DNA of 64,000 bases, from positions 137,654 through 201,653 of the forward strand of contig QPMI01000190.1 of the NCBI GenBank assembly GCA_004431415.1, given 5' to 3'. Made by a program: the position numbers and the translations under genes. The notes under the pieces are model-generated. The model did not search any database. It had not been told where the DNA came from and worked only from the letters and a program-made list of their open reading frames with translations. Of this stretch, positions 24,601 to 36,930 are shown one piece after another. This DNA is from Cyanophora paradoxa CCMP329. Its lineage: Eukaryota; Plantae; Glaucophyta. Within the stretch, counting starts at the first letter, position 1; each line of letters opens with the position of its first letter.

Positions 24601-27600
24601 GCGGCGCGTGGCGAGCTTCACGGAGCTGGCGCGGCGCGAGGAGGGGCCCGGGGAGAGCTCGGGGGCCGACGACGGGGCGGGCCCGGCGGGGGAGAGCCCC
24701 CTGCCCCTCGACATCTCCGGCGTCCTCCGCAGCGCCTCCCTCCGGCGGCGCTCCTCCTCCGTGGTCCCCATGTCGCCGCCCCCCGAGCCGCCCTCCAACG
24801 CGCAGCGCTCCCCCGGGCAGTGGAACCGCCTTAAGCTCCCCCCGCTCCGCTCCCGCCGCTCCTCGGTTGTGAGCACGCAGTCCGAGTCGGGCGGGCCGCC
24901 CATCGTGCCCCTCTCCAACGCCCCGCCCTCCCCCGTCTCTGGCGCTGCCTCCTCCGCCTCCCCGGCCCCTGCAAGCGCCTTCGCTGGCGTGGCCAGCGGC
25001 GTCGCCGGCGCGGCGAGCGGCCTGCACTCGCTGGCGGACGGGATGACGGCGTCGCGCCGCTTCCTTGCCTACCGCCGCTCCTCCCTCTCCTTCTCCTCCG
25101 CCGGCGGGGCCAGCGGGGCCGGGGAGGGCGCCGGGGGGCTCCTGGAGGGGGCGAGCCCCTCCTCCGGCATCCCCTCCGCCTCGGCGCTGCCCTCCGCCAA
25201 CAACTCCCTCCGCGGCGGCCGCGCCTACATCCCCTCCCTCTCCATCCGCCCCAGCACGCCGCCCGTGCTCATCTCCCCGCCGGGCGGCCTCCCGCCCGTG
25301 CCGGCGTCGCCCCATCTCCCCGAGCCCGAGGAGGCGTCCCCCGGGGCGGCGGCTGGGGGCGGAGGCGGCGGGTTCGCAGCCTCGGGCCGCCTGCAGGAGC
25401 CTCGGCGGAGCGCCTCGCGCTCGCCCTCGCCCTCGCCGCGGCGCGGAGCGTCGCCCTCGCCGCGGCGCACCTCGCGCTCCGCCTCGCCGGCGCCGGCCTC
25501 GGACCGCTCCGAGCACTCCAACGCCACCACGCCCTCCCCCGCACCAACGCCGCCCTCGACGGGCAGACGACGCGGTGCAGCGCGGCGGCGGCGAGCAGCG
25601 CGGCGGCGACCGTGCACACGGCGTGGACGCGCGGCGCCCGCGGCAACCGCGTCGTCCCCGTCGTCGAGCCGGCCGGCTGCTGCGGCCTCGCCCTGCCCAT
25701 CGGCCTCCGCCGCCGCCGCTCCGCGGACGCCGGGCAGGCGGCCCCACGGGCGGCCCCGCCGAGGCCTCCTCGACGCTTGTCCCGTCGCCCGCCGCCAGCA
25801 CGCCCGGCGACGAGGCGAGCAAGGCCGCCAGCGCCAGCGGCTCCGGCCGCCTCAGCGGCGGCGGCGGGCGCCGGGATCGCGATCGCGAGCGGGAGCGGCG
25901 GGGCTCGCTGCTGGCGGGCGGCTACTCCTTCCGCGCCTTCACGCTCCAGTCCATCCCCTCCCAGGTCCGCCCGCGCGCGGCTGGGGCTCGCGAGGGCACC
26001 GAGCTGCCCCCGCCGCCAGGTGCGCCTGACCTTCGCGGACCCGTCCCTCGAGACGGAGTTCTGGAGCCGGCGGCGCTCCGCCTCGCTGCCCGACCTGCGT
26101 GCCTCGCTTCTGCTCGGGGCGGTGGCGGCGTACACGGCGTGCTGGCCGGCGCTGGAGCGGGCGGCGGGGGCGCCGGGGCCCGTCTACCGCCTGGTCTTCC
26201 GGTACCTCTGCCAGGGGGTCCCCCTGCTGCTGCTCGCCCTCGGCGCCCTGCTCGCCCCGCGCCCCTTCCTCCGCCTCGCCCGCCCCGCCCTCCACGCCGC
26301 CTTCCTCGCCATCGTGCGCCCCGCCCCACCGCGCCCCGCCCCCCGGCCCCGCCCGCCTGCCCCGCCGACCCCGGGCGGCAGCTGGCGCGCCTCGCGGTGC
26401 AGCTGCTGCTGCTCGAGCCGTACCGCATCCCGGGGACCTTCGAGGTCGGCTTCGGGTCGGGCTGGGCCATCCGCGCCCTCGGGCCCGCCGACGCCCACCT
26501 CTTCCTCGTCATCATACAGTCCGCCGCCCCCCGCCCGCCACGCTCCCCTCAGCCTCGCCCCGCGCTGACTCGGAGCGGGGCAGCACGCTGCCGGGGCCGT
26601 GCGTGCCGTGGATGGACCTGGTCCCCTACTCGGGCGCCGCGGCGGCCGTCGTCGGGGCGAGCGGCAGCGGCGTCGCCCAGGCCCTCTACGTCGCCGTCGT
26701 CGCCGCCGTGTGCGCCGTCGCCTGCTGGTTCAACGAGCTCAAGGCGCGCCGCGAGTACGAGACGGACCGGGGCCTGTACGAGGAGACGGCGGGGCTGGGG
26801 CGGGAGTGCGCGGAGACGCGGCGGCTGCTGCACCTCTGCCTGCCGGCGTCGATCGCGGAGGGGGTGCGCGAGGGCCTCGACCTCGGCGCCGCCATGTACG
26901 CCGTCTACGACCGCGTCGTCGTCCTCTGTCCGCCCCCGGCCCCGGCCCCGCCCCCGCGCCCCGGGCCCCCTCGCCCCCCGTGACGCCGGCCCCTCGTGGC
27001 GGGCCCCCTCGCGGCAGGCGCCGACGTGGTGGGCTTCACGCCGCTGAGCGAGAGCCTGGGGGCGGACGAGCTGGTGCGGCTGCTCGACGAGCTCGTCACC
27101 CGCCTCGACGTCCTCGCCGAGGAGCGCGGCGTCGCCCGCCTCAAGACCATCGGCGACGTCCGCCCCACCCCGCCCCGCCCCGCCCCGCCCCGCTCGCGCG
27201 GGGCCGCCGGGCGACCGCCGCGCGCAGGCCTGGCTCGCCGCCCTCGGGCTGGACGAGCCGCCGGGGCCGGGGGCGGTGGCGGACCTGGTGGAGCTGGCGG
27301 CCGAGGTCGCCGAGACGGGCGCCGCCTTCTCCCGCGAGTGTGGCCACCGCCTCGCCCTCCGCGTCGGCGTCGCCGCGGGGAGCGCCTGCGGCGCCGTCGT
27401 CGGCAACGCCCGCTGGTTCTGGGACCTCTTCGGGTGCCCCCGCCCCGCCGCCCCCCGCCCGCCCCCCCTGACGGGGCGGGGGCAGGGAGGCGATGGACCG
27501 GGCGGGGGAGATGGAGGCGGGGAGCGAGGCGGGGCGGGTGCTGGTGTGCCCCCGCGTGCACGCCGACTGCGTGCAGGCCGGGCGCCTCGCCTTCGAGCCC

Positions 27601-27849
27601 GTCTTCGGGCCCCGCGCCGGCCCCGCCGGCCCCCAGAAGCCCCTCTCCGCCGCCAGCCTCAGCGAGACCGACGGCGAGTCCGGCGCCCCCGCGGGGCCCC
27701 CCACCGCCTTCTTCCTCGCCCGGACCCCCGTTTCCGGGCGCCCTCACACGCCCTCCTCCCACGTCTCCCTCCTCCCGCTCGCCTTCGCCACCCCGCCCTC
27801 CTTCTCCCCGCCCCAGGCCCTCTCCCCGCCCCGCAGCCGGGCGGGATAG
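21607..27849 (+). CDS. Membrane-bound class III adenylyl cyclase with two TM clusters and two cyclase domains
   Basis: Domain 1: ILRNILPEPV..CEKIKTIGLTFMAVCGL..HAGVSSGSVVAGVVG..FYDTWG|DTVNTASRM..VKGKG. Domain 2: LLHLCLPASIA..ADVVGFTPLS..LKTIGD..LRVGVAAG..WDLFG. Hydrophobic helices precede each domain. Confidence 0.9.
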
Positions 27850-29035
27850 GCCGAGCCCCTTTCCCGCACCTTCTCGAGTCAAGGCGGCGCGCTGTACGCG
27901 TCCAATTTTTCTGGTTGCTTCGTCGCGCCCTCGGTTGACCTCGCCGAGCGATTGACGTCAATTCACGTCCCCAGTCCTGCTTCCCGCCGGGTCGCTGTAC
28001 GGTATATCGCACGCATATGCATGTCATTTTTGTTTTTGCCAGTGACAGTTACGCTAGATCGAATGTTCGCAGAGCTGCGAGGCTGCTTGTATCATATTCA
28101 TGATCATTATTGTTATACAACTCCCCACTCCTGAGTCCCGAATTCGAGCTTCGGAAGGGGCGCAAAAGGTGGCGGCGAGGCCTCGCGATCGCTATCGTCA
28201 ACCGTTGAACCGTTGAACGAGGCGGGTCCGGATTCCGGAGGGGGCCCTCCGAGGCTCGCCGAGTCGATCGCGAGCTCGCGAACACCGAAATTGAAATCAA
28301 ACTTGAACCCCCCCAACCTCAGGCTGGGACTGTCCATCACCCCGTCCAACTTGGCAAATTCGAGTCCAACCCCGGGCGGCGGCCCTAGCCTAGTAGGCCT
28401 GGGCCTCATGAATCTCATGATCAGTGATCAACATGTCCCCAGCCAACCCCCCGTCCCCCGCGTCGCCGAGTCGTGCACGTGCGCGCACTGCGGGCCTGCA
28501 GCACTCGTGATCGAAGCTCGCTTGGCAGCCGGGCTCAGCGGCTGACTCATGATCAGCGAATTCGAATTAGCTATGATGCAAGTACCGAACGTATACGCGT
28601 AACTCAGAAAACTCGGCCGTAAGTCGGGCTCAGATCATGATCATGACGAGAGCCTATCTGCTTTAAAATTGCTTCTGTCTAGATCTACCGTAGTACAGCG
28701 ATAGCTAAGATTAACTTTAGCGACTTAGTATACGTGGCCTACTTGGCTTTGCAGAAACTTGCCCTTAAATACAGAAAATACAGAAGCTGTAATAGTATAA
28801 GCTGAAGCTTGCAATTGCAATTGCAATAAATAGTGATCGCGAGAGCGAAATCGATCTTAACAACAAACTGATCATGATGCACGAGCACACGTGCACGTGT
28901 GCTTCGTAAACGAGAGCGTAACAGCAAGACTGCGAAAAAAGCGCGCGGTGTTGCTCGAGACTTTGCGGCTGGAGCTGGCGCGCGCGCTAGCTGGCCATGC
29001 ATGCGGGCACCGGGCGGCGGCGCGAGCGAGCAGGG

Positions 29036-30686
29036 CTAGTCGTGGAAAGGCGGGCCGGCGCCCGTGGCTGGTGCTGCAAGCTCGGCCCCCCGCACCTCGA
29101 GCTCGCCGGGGGCGGGGTGGCGAGCGGGGTCGGCCCAGCTCTCGCCGCTGCTCTCCAGCTCGCTCGACGCCGACGCCGACGCGGCGTCCAGGAGGCGCCT
29201 GTACGTCCCGCCTGAGCGCGCGTCCACGCCGCCTGCACCTCCGCCAGAGGCGTGCGCGCGCGGCGCCTCCGCCTGCGCAGACCTCGCCGAGCGCTGCGCT
29301 TGCGTCTGCAGCTGGCCATGGGCCCCCCCGCCGGGGCCAGCCGAGGCAGGGCTCCTCCCGCTGGCCCCGCCGTGTGCGGCTGCTGCTGCTGCTGGTGGTG
29401 GCGGCGCCATCGAAGCGTCCGGAGCCGCCCGGGCCCGCGAGCGCGGCCCCGGGGCGGCCTCTCGACCCAGGAGCGCCTTGGAGCCGGCGCCGGCGCCGGC
29501 GTCGTGATCGGATCCGATCGCCAGGTCGTGCAGTGGGAGCGGTGTCGCGGCGCCGGCTCCAGCGCCCGAGTGCTCCAGCTTGCGCGCTCCGGATCCGGAA
29601 TCGCGATCGCGGCCACGGCTGGGTGCGGATGCGACGGGGTCGAGGCTCGCGCGCTCCCTGGCGCTGGCGGCGAGGCCGGTGCCGGCGGCGTCGGGCGCGT
29701 CGCCCTCGGGGCTCTCGTCGGAGGGGGTGAGGGAGGGCCGCCGCGGGCCCCGCTCCCGCTCCCGCTCCCTCGACCCGCCCCGCGCCAGCTCGCTCAGGCT
29801 GGGGAGGGAGCCCAAGGAATCAGCGCTCGCCTTCCGGCCGGCCCCGCTCCGGCGCCCCGGTCGCCGTCGACGTCGACGTCGGCCGGCGCCGCCGACGCCG
29901 ACGCCGCGGGGAGGCGGCAGACACAGCGAGCTCGAGCCCCGGCGCCTCGAGCCCCGGCCCCCGCCTGCGCCTGCGCGTGCGCGCGGAGGTCGGCGTGAGC
30001 GAAGGAGTTACGGCTCCGGGACGTCCATGCGCCCGCGTACCCCGCAGCGGCATGTCGAGGGGCCGCCAGCGCCGGCTGCCGGCGCCGGCGCTGGCGGCCG
30101 CGTGCCGGGGTCCGAGGCCGCGTAGGCGAAGCTCAGGGGCGAGGGGTACACAGGCGTCGGCGGCGGGCTCTCGTCGAACATCGCCGATATCATGTTCACC
30201 TGCGGGGTACGGAACAAATGCCGGCTCGGATGGGGCCCGGGCCTGGCGCAAGCAGCAGGGCGGGGCGCGCTCGCCTTGGCTGTGCCGGAGGGGGGCGTGG
30301 GCCCGTGGGGCCGGGCGCGGCGGGCGGCGCAGGAGAAGAGGGCGTAGACGGCGGCGACGCCGGCGACGGGGGCGAGCAGGGAGGCGAGGAGGAGGCAGAG
30401 GAGCAGCGAGCGCACCCCGCGGTCCGAGAGCCGCCGCCGCAGCGCCCGCCACGCGCACATCGACAGCCTTGGGGCCCCATCGCGATCGCCGCCCATCAAA
30501 ATCAGACGAATGTGATCATGAAATGGCGGGAGGTGATTCGAGGCGGCGCGCGCGGGCGCACCCGACGCTGAGCATGAAGCTGCAGGACCAGAGGATGAGC
30601 CAGAAGACGAGCTGGTCGAAGCTCCTGGGGGGATCCAGCACCGACGCCGACTTGTACGGCGCCGGTGCCGGAGCGGGCGAGTTCAT
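29036..30686 (-). CDS. Hypothetical membrane protein with low-complexity C-terminus
   Basis: ATG 30686 MNSPAPAPAPY...FDQLVFWLILWSCSFMLSVG|LSMCAW...LLLCLLLASLLAPVAGVAAVYALF gives 2-3 TM helices; the tail follows ORF 29036-29815. Confidence 0.5.
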
Positions 30687-31812
30687 CGGTCAGAAGATCA
30701 GAAGCTGGCAGCCGACGCGCTGCCCGCTGGTCGCCTCCGTAACAACATGCCAACAACATGCCAACGCAGCGGCATTGCTGTTCGTACGGCCCCGGGCTAT
30801 GGGCAGAGCTGATCGTCGCCAATTACAATCCACAGAGAGCTGATTATGACGCTCGGTTAACGTCTGGTTTTAAAAGGAATCGAGCCGGAACGCACGGGTT
30901 TCTTCTGGTTATTAATATTAATGCCGCTGCCAGGGGAGCCAGGCGGTGCGGCCCAGGGGCCGCGATTTCGAATCGAGGCCTGCAGCTGATACAGGCTCAA
31001 GGCAAAGAGTGGTGCGCGCGGTGCCAGCGCCAGCACGCCTAGACGCGAATTCGAAAGGCCGTGCGCATGCGCGCGCGCGTCTCGCCGCAACTGGACAGAA
31101 TAGCTTGAACTGCTCGCCGCTGCTGAAGCTGCAGGCCTACGCTGCGGTCGCGATGATCAGATCTAGAGCCGGGCGCCGAAGCTTAAGCCGTGGCCGCTTC
31201 GCTCACGTCCGCAGTCTGGCCACCAGCCTGCAGCTGCAGCTGGCAGATCAACGGCGGCCGCTGTTCTCGGATGCGTACATATGCGTGCTCCTCTCCAAAT
31301 GTGCACGTCGACTGGACCGGACACGTTATACTAACTGATCGTGATCCATGGTCGGTTAGTTCTTCTGCCATGATATGAGCAGGGCGCGCGCGCGGCCCAT
31401 GGCCAGGGCCGGGCGGGCGCACCGTGGCACTCGTACGAACCCGACGGGACCGGTCATAAGCAATCTTGCAAAACCGGGCCGGGGGAAAGCCTTGAAGCTT
31501 CGGCTGGACTTCGGGCCAGGCCATGCGCTGGACACCTCGCATGCAGTTATGGGCCTAGGCCTACTACTAGTACCGGTACCGGTTGGCTAGGCTGCATCTG
31601 ATCATTATCGCCATGCGCTGCGATGATGCGCGGTGGTGTTGCTTGGCGCAGCGGCTGCAGGGTGGCCCGGCAGCCGCTGTTCGGAGCAGGGGGGTACAGT
31701 TACGCGTTCAATTTCGTGATTCACGGTGCATGTGTACATGTGTACTTGAGGTGTGTTCGGAGTCTTCGGACTGTGGGGAGGGGCTCAAACACACGAAAAG
31801 ATTGATTTCATA

Positions 31813-34196
31813 GATGCTGAGCATTGGGGGTACTACCGAGTCGTAGTACCGACGTCTACCGTACAGGTACTGCCGGCTAGCTGGCTTCAAGCTCCAAAAG
31901 ACTCGAGCTCCGACACAGTTGCTGCTTCCGAAGTTCCTTGCACTGCAGCTGAGAAGTCTGCAAACATGGAGCATGTCCACGCACACCTTCCACCGCACGA
32001 GGAAGCCGACTGGAAGACGCAGGGTGCAGGAACCCCCTTGCCTCGCTCCCGCGAATCTCTCTTCCTCGCGCGCGCGCGCGCTACATGTGCAAGACCTCGT
32101 GCACACTAGCGGTCGCTGACTAGCGCGCTCGCGTGCGCGCCGCGCGCGCAGAGGCGCCGGTGATCCGCATGAAGGGCGACGAGCTCCAGGCGCCGAAGGA
32201 GGAGCGCAGGGAGAACGAGTCAACGCTCGGCGCCGCTTCCGTCGGCGCCGCCCGCGGCGTTCCTGTGGAGCGGGGGGGTCTCGCGGTCGCTGGAGGGCCG
32301 GAGGTCTGCCGGAAATATTGTGCAAGGGGGCCTTTTGCTTTCCTCCGCTGACATTCGATTCGCGGGCAGGCGTCGAAGGAAGAGCGCGCGCCGGCGCCGA
32401 ACACCGCAGTCAATGCGCGGGGCGCGCGAGCGTGCATTCTTGTACACGTTCGGCTCCGGCGCTCACGCGCACTCGCGCCGCAGAGGCGCCGGTGATCCGC
32501 ATGAAGGGCGACGAGCTCCAGGCGCCGCAGGAGGAGCGCAGGGAGAACGAGGCAACGCTCGGCGCCGCTTCCGTCGGCGCCGCCCGCGGCGCACCCGCCC
32601 AGCGCGAAAGCCTTTCGGCAGGCCCAGAGCAACCGGTATGCCCGCGTCGCCTGTCCAGCTGCAGCCGTCCCTCCGTGCAATCTTCACTGTGCGCAGGCCC
32701 CGCGGGGCGAGCAGCAGAGCGGCGCCCGGACCGAACGAGGTTCGATCTCCACGCGCATTCACGTTCACTTGCGAGCACCAGTCCGCGCGCAGGGCCCGCC
32801 GAGGGGGCCCCTTCGGAGGACGTCGCCAGGGCTCGCGTGGTACTGCCTGTGCGCGCTGCGCCCCGCGCACGCGGGGGCCGGGGTCCGATGGCAGGGGCGG
32901 CGGGACAGGGCATGGAGTGGCGCAGCGAGCTGGAGCGCCGCGAGGCCGAGATCCAGCGCGAGCTCTCCGCCTTCTCGGGCCGCGGGCGGCGCGCCCCGGG
33001 CGAGGCGGCGGGGCGCCGGGGCGAGGGGGAGGAGGCGGCGTGGTCGGCGGCGCGCGTGGCGGAGCTGGACGCGCGGGCGGAGGAGACGTCGCGGGCGCTG
33101 CGGGCGCTGCGCGCGCGCACCTCGCCGGCACCCGTCGACCTGTGCGAGGCCGAGGAGGCCGGCCTGCTCGCGCCGGCCCCGGAGGCCGCCCAGGCCCCCT
33201 ACGCGCCCTCCGCCGAGCAGATCGCCGCCGACGCCGCCGCCGCCGCCGCCGAGGCTGGCGCGGCGGCTGCGGCGGAGGAGGCGGCGCCGCTCGACGCGGC
33301 CGGCATCCCCGTCGACATACGCGTCGACGTGAAGGCCCGTCCGACCGCGAGGCCCCGCCCCGGCCTCCCTCGCCTCCGCCGCCTAACGCTCTGCGTGCAG
33401 GCCGTCGCAACTGTCGGGGGCGGCGCGCGGCAGGCGGCGGGGGGCGCCCCAGAGCCCCCCGCGCCGGCGCCGGAGGCGCAGCAGGCCAAGGGGCAGGGCG
33501 GGGGGATCATCGGGGGCTTCCTCGCCCGCGCCAGCGAGGTGGCGGTCTTCCCGGGTTGCTTTGGGGGCGGCAGCTCGGGCGGGGCGGTGAGGCGGCGCAG
33601 GTGGCGACGAGCGTGGCGGGGGCCGTCGAGCGCGGCAAGGAGGCTCTTGCGCACGCCCTCGCCCCTGGCCTCCAGGCGCGCCCCGCCCCACGCCCCCTTG
33701 CATCGCCCCGCGCCCCCCTGCATCGAGCTGCCCCCGCCCCAGCGCCCCGCGCGCTGATCATGAAGGATAAACCACCGCCGCTTCTCCGCTTCCGGCTGAT
33801 TTTTCTTTACGGCTCGCAGCCGCCTTCGGCGTTCGGGAAGGCGGGGGCGGCGTGGGGCCCCGAGGACGCCGTCGAGGCCCTCCGCTGGAACGCCGAGGCG
33901 CGCCCCGCCGCCGCCCGTCCCCCGCCCCCTTCATCTCCCCGCCCCGCCTGCGATCGCGGACGCGCTGCGCTGCAGGTGCCCGAGGAGGCGCGCATCGCCA
34001 TCCCCCCCGGGGTGGACCTGCAGGCCCGCCCCTCCCCTCCAGCTCGTCTCCGACTGCGCCCTGATCATGAGCTGCCGGCAGCGCCTGCTGCGGGGGGTCG
34101 ACGCCGCCCGGCTCCCGCGGCCGTGGGGCGCCTGGGAGGCGCAGCGGGAGGGCGGCCCCGGGCTGAGCGAGGAGCTCGAGGCGAGCCTTGCGCAGG
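31813..34196 (+). CDS. Hypothetical multi-exon protein (possibly two genes) with an internally duplicated exon and coiled coil
   Basis: Exon-like segments with GT/GC-AG borders: EAPVIRMKGDELQAP (x2), MEWRSELERREAEIQREL, WGPEDAVEALRWNAE|VPEEARIAIPPGVDLQ|RLLRGVD. Boundaries approximate. Confidence 0.4.
32147..32591 (+). repeat. Duplicated exon (32147-32259 and 32479-32591)
   Basis: Two 113-bp copies including the cgcag acceptor, differing at 2 positions. Confidence 0.9.
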
Positions 34197-34885
34197 TCCG
34201 TCCCTGCCCCCCTCGCTTGCGTGCATGCATCTCGAGGGGACGCCGTTCCGTTGCTTCTTCCCAGCAATGGAGAGAAACGTGCCACGGTGCTCTAGATCTC
34301 GTATATATAGCTAGGCCCCCCTGCGCTACCTGGCAGGCTTGCTATCCAACCGTTGAACGGTGGCTTGCTCGATCGCGATCGAGCTCACCAACGTCGGCGA
34401 CGCTCGATTCGCCTGGCGATCTCACAAAACTTTTGGAAAAGCCGCGTTAATTTTTTCCCACATGTACACTGCCTCGAGCTCCGAGGCTCATGATCATGTT
34501 ACGGGTATAAATTTCTCTCCTCGAGGACCCCTAGGCCTGGACCTCTTAATATATATATGCTCTCATTGCCTCCACCATGGCCATTTGGTGGCCTTCAGAT
34601 CAATTCCACCTCTCACCCCGGGAGCTCGCAGGTGGAGCCCGTCGCCGCGACCGAGGCCGCCCTCCAAGGGCCCCTCTCCTAAGAGCGCGGCCCGTCCTCG
34701 CCGCCGGGGCGCCCATGATCATGATCAGCGGCTCGCGCCGCTGCGCCCATGCAGCGGCCCAGCTTTCGGCGCTCGAAAATTAGATCTAAATTAAATCTGC
34801 TAGGCTACACTTGTTCCAATCTCGTCCAAATCCGATTGGCATGCATGGATGTCGAGATGCATGATCGCGACCTTCATCTTCGTGG

Positions 34886-35893
34886 TGTTATGGACGCGTT
34901 GCGACCCGGACCCAGCCGGAGTCGAACCAACGACTAAGGGGTGTCAAGGCGGCAGTTCTACCAATAGGCCATCTCGCGAGAGGCTAGTGATTCCCCGAAT
35001 CATCCCGGGTCCTCACACTGCACGCAACATCCCCCCCGCCACGGTGATCTCGACCCCGAGATCCTTCCGTGCGGTTCCATTGCTGCATTTCACCTCACAA
35101 CTCGCGATCTCAACCTCGGTCACATGCCGCACGTGACACCCACTTCACACGTTGGTTGCGTGCAGTGTGAGGACCCGGGATGATTCGGGGAATCACTAGC
35201 CTCTCGCGAGATGGCCTATTGGTAGAACTGCCGCCTTGACACCCCTTAGTCGTTGGTTCGACTCCGGCTGGGTCCGGGTCGCAACGCGTCCATAACATGG
35301 GGGCTGCTGCGTGACACCGTGGCGGGGGGGATGTTGCGTGCAGTGTGAGGACCCGGGATGATTCGGGGAATCACTAGCCTCTCGCGAGATGGCCTATTGG
35401 TAGAACTGCCGCCTTGACACCCCTTAGTCGTTGGTTCGACTCCGGCTGGGTCCGGGTCGCAACGCGTCCATAACATGGGGGCTGCTAACGGACCTGGTTC
35501 GACTCCCGACGAGGGATAGACCGGGCTTCGAATCCCACGCGGGGCGCTAGGAAGCGCTGGCTGAGGGCCGCTGCATCGCGGTACCCCGATAAGCCCGGCA
35601 CCTGCATCGGTGGCCGCCGAAGAGCCTAGAAACTGCGCGCACGGAAAAAAAGCGGCAGTTGCGGCTGTGTGAAGTGGGTGTCACGTGCGGCATGTGACCG
35701 AGGTTGAGATCGCGAGTTGTGAGGTGAAATGCAGCAATGGAACCGCACGGAAGGATCTCGGGGTCGAGATCACCGTGGCGGGGGGGATGTTGCGTGCAGT
35801 GTGAGGACCCGGGATGATTCGGGGAATCACTAGCCTCTCGCGAGAGGCTAGTGATTCCCCGAATCATCCCGGGTCCTCACACTGCACGCAACA
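34886..35893. repeat. Fold-back/tandem cluster of a tRNA-derived (SINE-like) repeat ending in a 106-bp perfect palindrome
   Basis: Segment A 34886-35150 is the reverse complement of parts of B 35155-35308, C 35315-35486 and D 35667-35845; palindrome 35788-35893; A-box TGGCCTATTGG (35212) and B-box GGTTCGACTCC (35255) at tRNA spacing. Confidence 0.85.
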
Positions 35894-36930
35894 GTGGCAT
35901 GAGTTCGAACTGTGGGGGAGCAACGTTAACCGTGGCAACATTCACGCGCGCGCGTACGCGCGCGATCGCAAGCCCCGGCGCCGCCAAGCGGCGCCGGGCG
36001 CCGGCCGATCGCGAGGCGCCGCGGCGCGGCCCTTCAACACACAAACTTAGCTTGAAAGCACGCGCACACAAAGTACTGCCGCAGTGCGCGCGCTGCTCTC
36101 GACTCTGGACTCTGGAGTCTCGAGTCTACATCCTGAGACTCGCGATCGGCCGCGGATCATGATCAATAATCGGATGATTCGGATCTGCGGGCATGGCAGC
36201 ATGCCATCCCAGCTATAGCTAGCAGCAGCATCGATATCCGCGCCGCGTCGACGTCGACGTCCGCCCCGGCCCGCCGGCGCCGGGCCGCGGCGGCGACCGG
36301 TGATCATGCATATGACCCTCGAGCTCGCAGAGTAAGGCCGCGCGCGCGCGCGGCGCGCGGCGCGCGCGCCGCGTCCGCCACCGTCGCCACGGCCCGCGCG
36401 CGGGCCGGGCCGCGGCGCGGCGGCCGCGGCGCTGCGCATGCGGCGGCCGGCGGGCGCCAGCCGGTGGGATTTCAGATTTGCGCATGCGGAACGCGTTAAC
36501 GTTCATGCAGACTCGAAGTCCGTCGGACCTGACGTCGACCTATACGCCGTTGAGGCCACCAATCACGATCGCGAACGGGCGTAACGTAATCAACGCCGTA
36601 CCCGGGCCGACAAGCAGGAGAGTCAGCTGCGTCAACTTGGCGAGCAGCTCGAGCTCCCGGCCCGCACTAGTACTGACGTCGCCGAGCGCTGAATGCAGCG
36701 GCTATAGCGCGCGCTCTCATGATGCATATGTCAGCGAGCTTGATCTGCTGCTGGCATACGTAATCCGGTCGTAAACGCCAATTGTGCGAGGACACGAACG
36801 CGACGAACGCGTACACGTAGGAAACGTAACGCCGAAGGTCCCGACGATCCAGCCTGCGCTGAATCAGTGAGGAGGTGAGGTGAGGTGCGCGCCAACTGCA
36901 GCCTCAGAACCAGCGCCAGCAGGCAGGTCG

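Noticed and set aside
35171-35275. Functional tRNA gene or tRNA-Sec (cccgggatgat start)
   Set aside because: Acceptor, D and anticodon stems do not form at canonical spacing and there is no TCA anticodon loop; treated as a tRNA-derived repeat.
34849-36050. Repeated small ORFs (MLWTRCDPDP..., MIRGITSLSRE...) as a peptide gene family
   Set aside because: They are by-products of the inverted and tandem repeat, with no independent coding signal.
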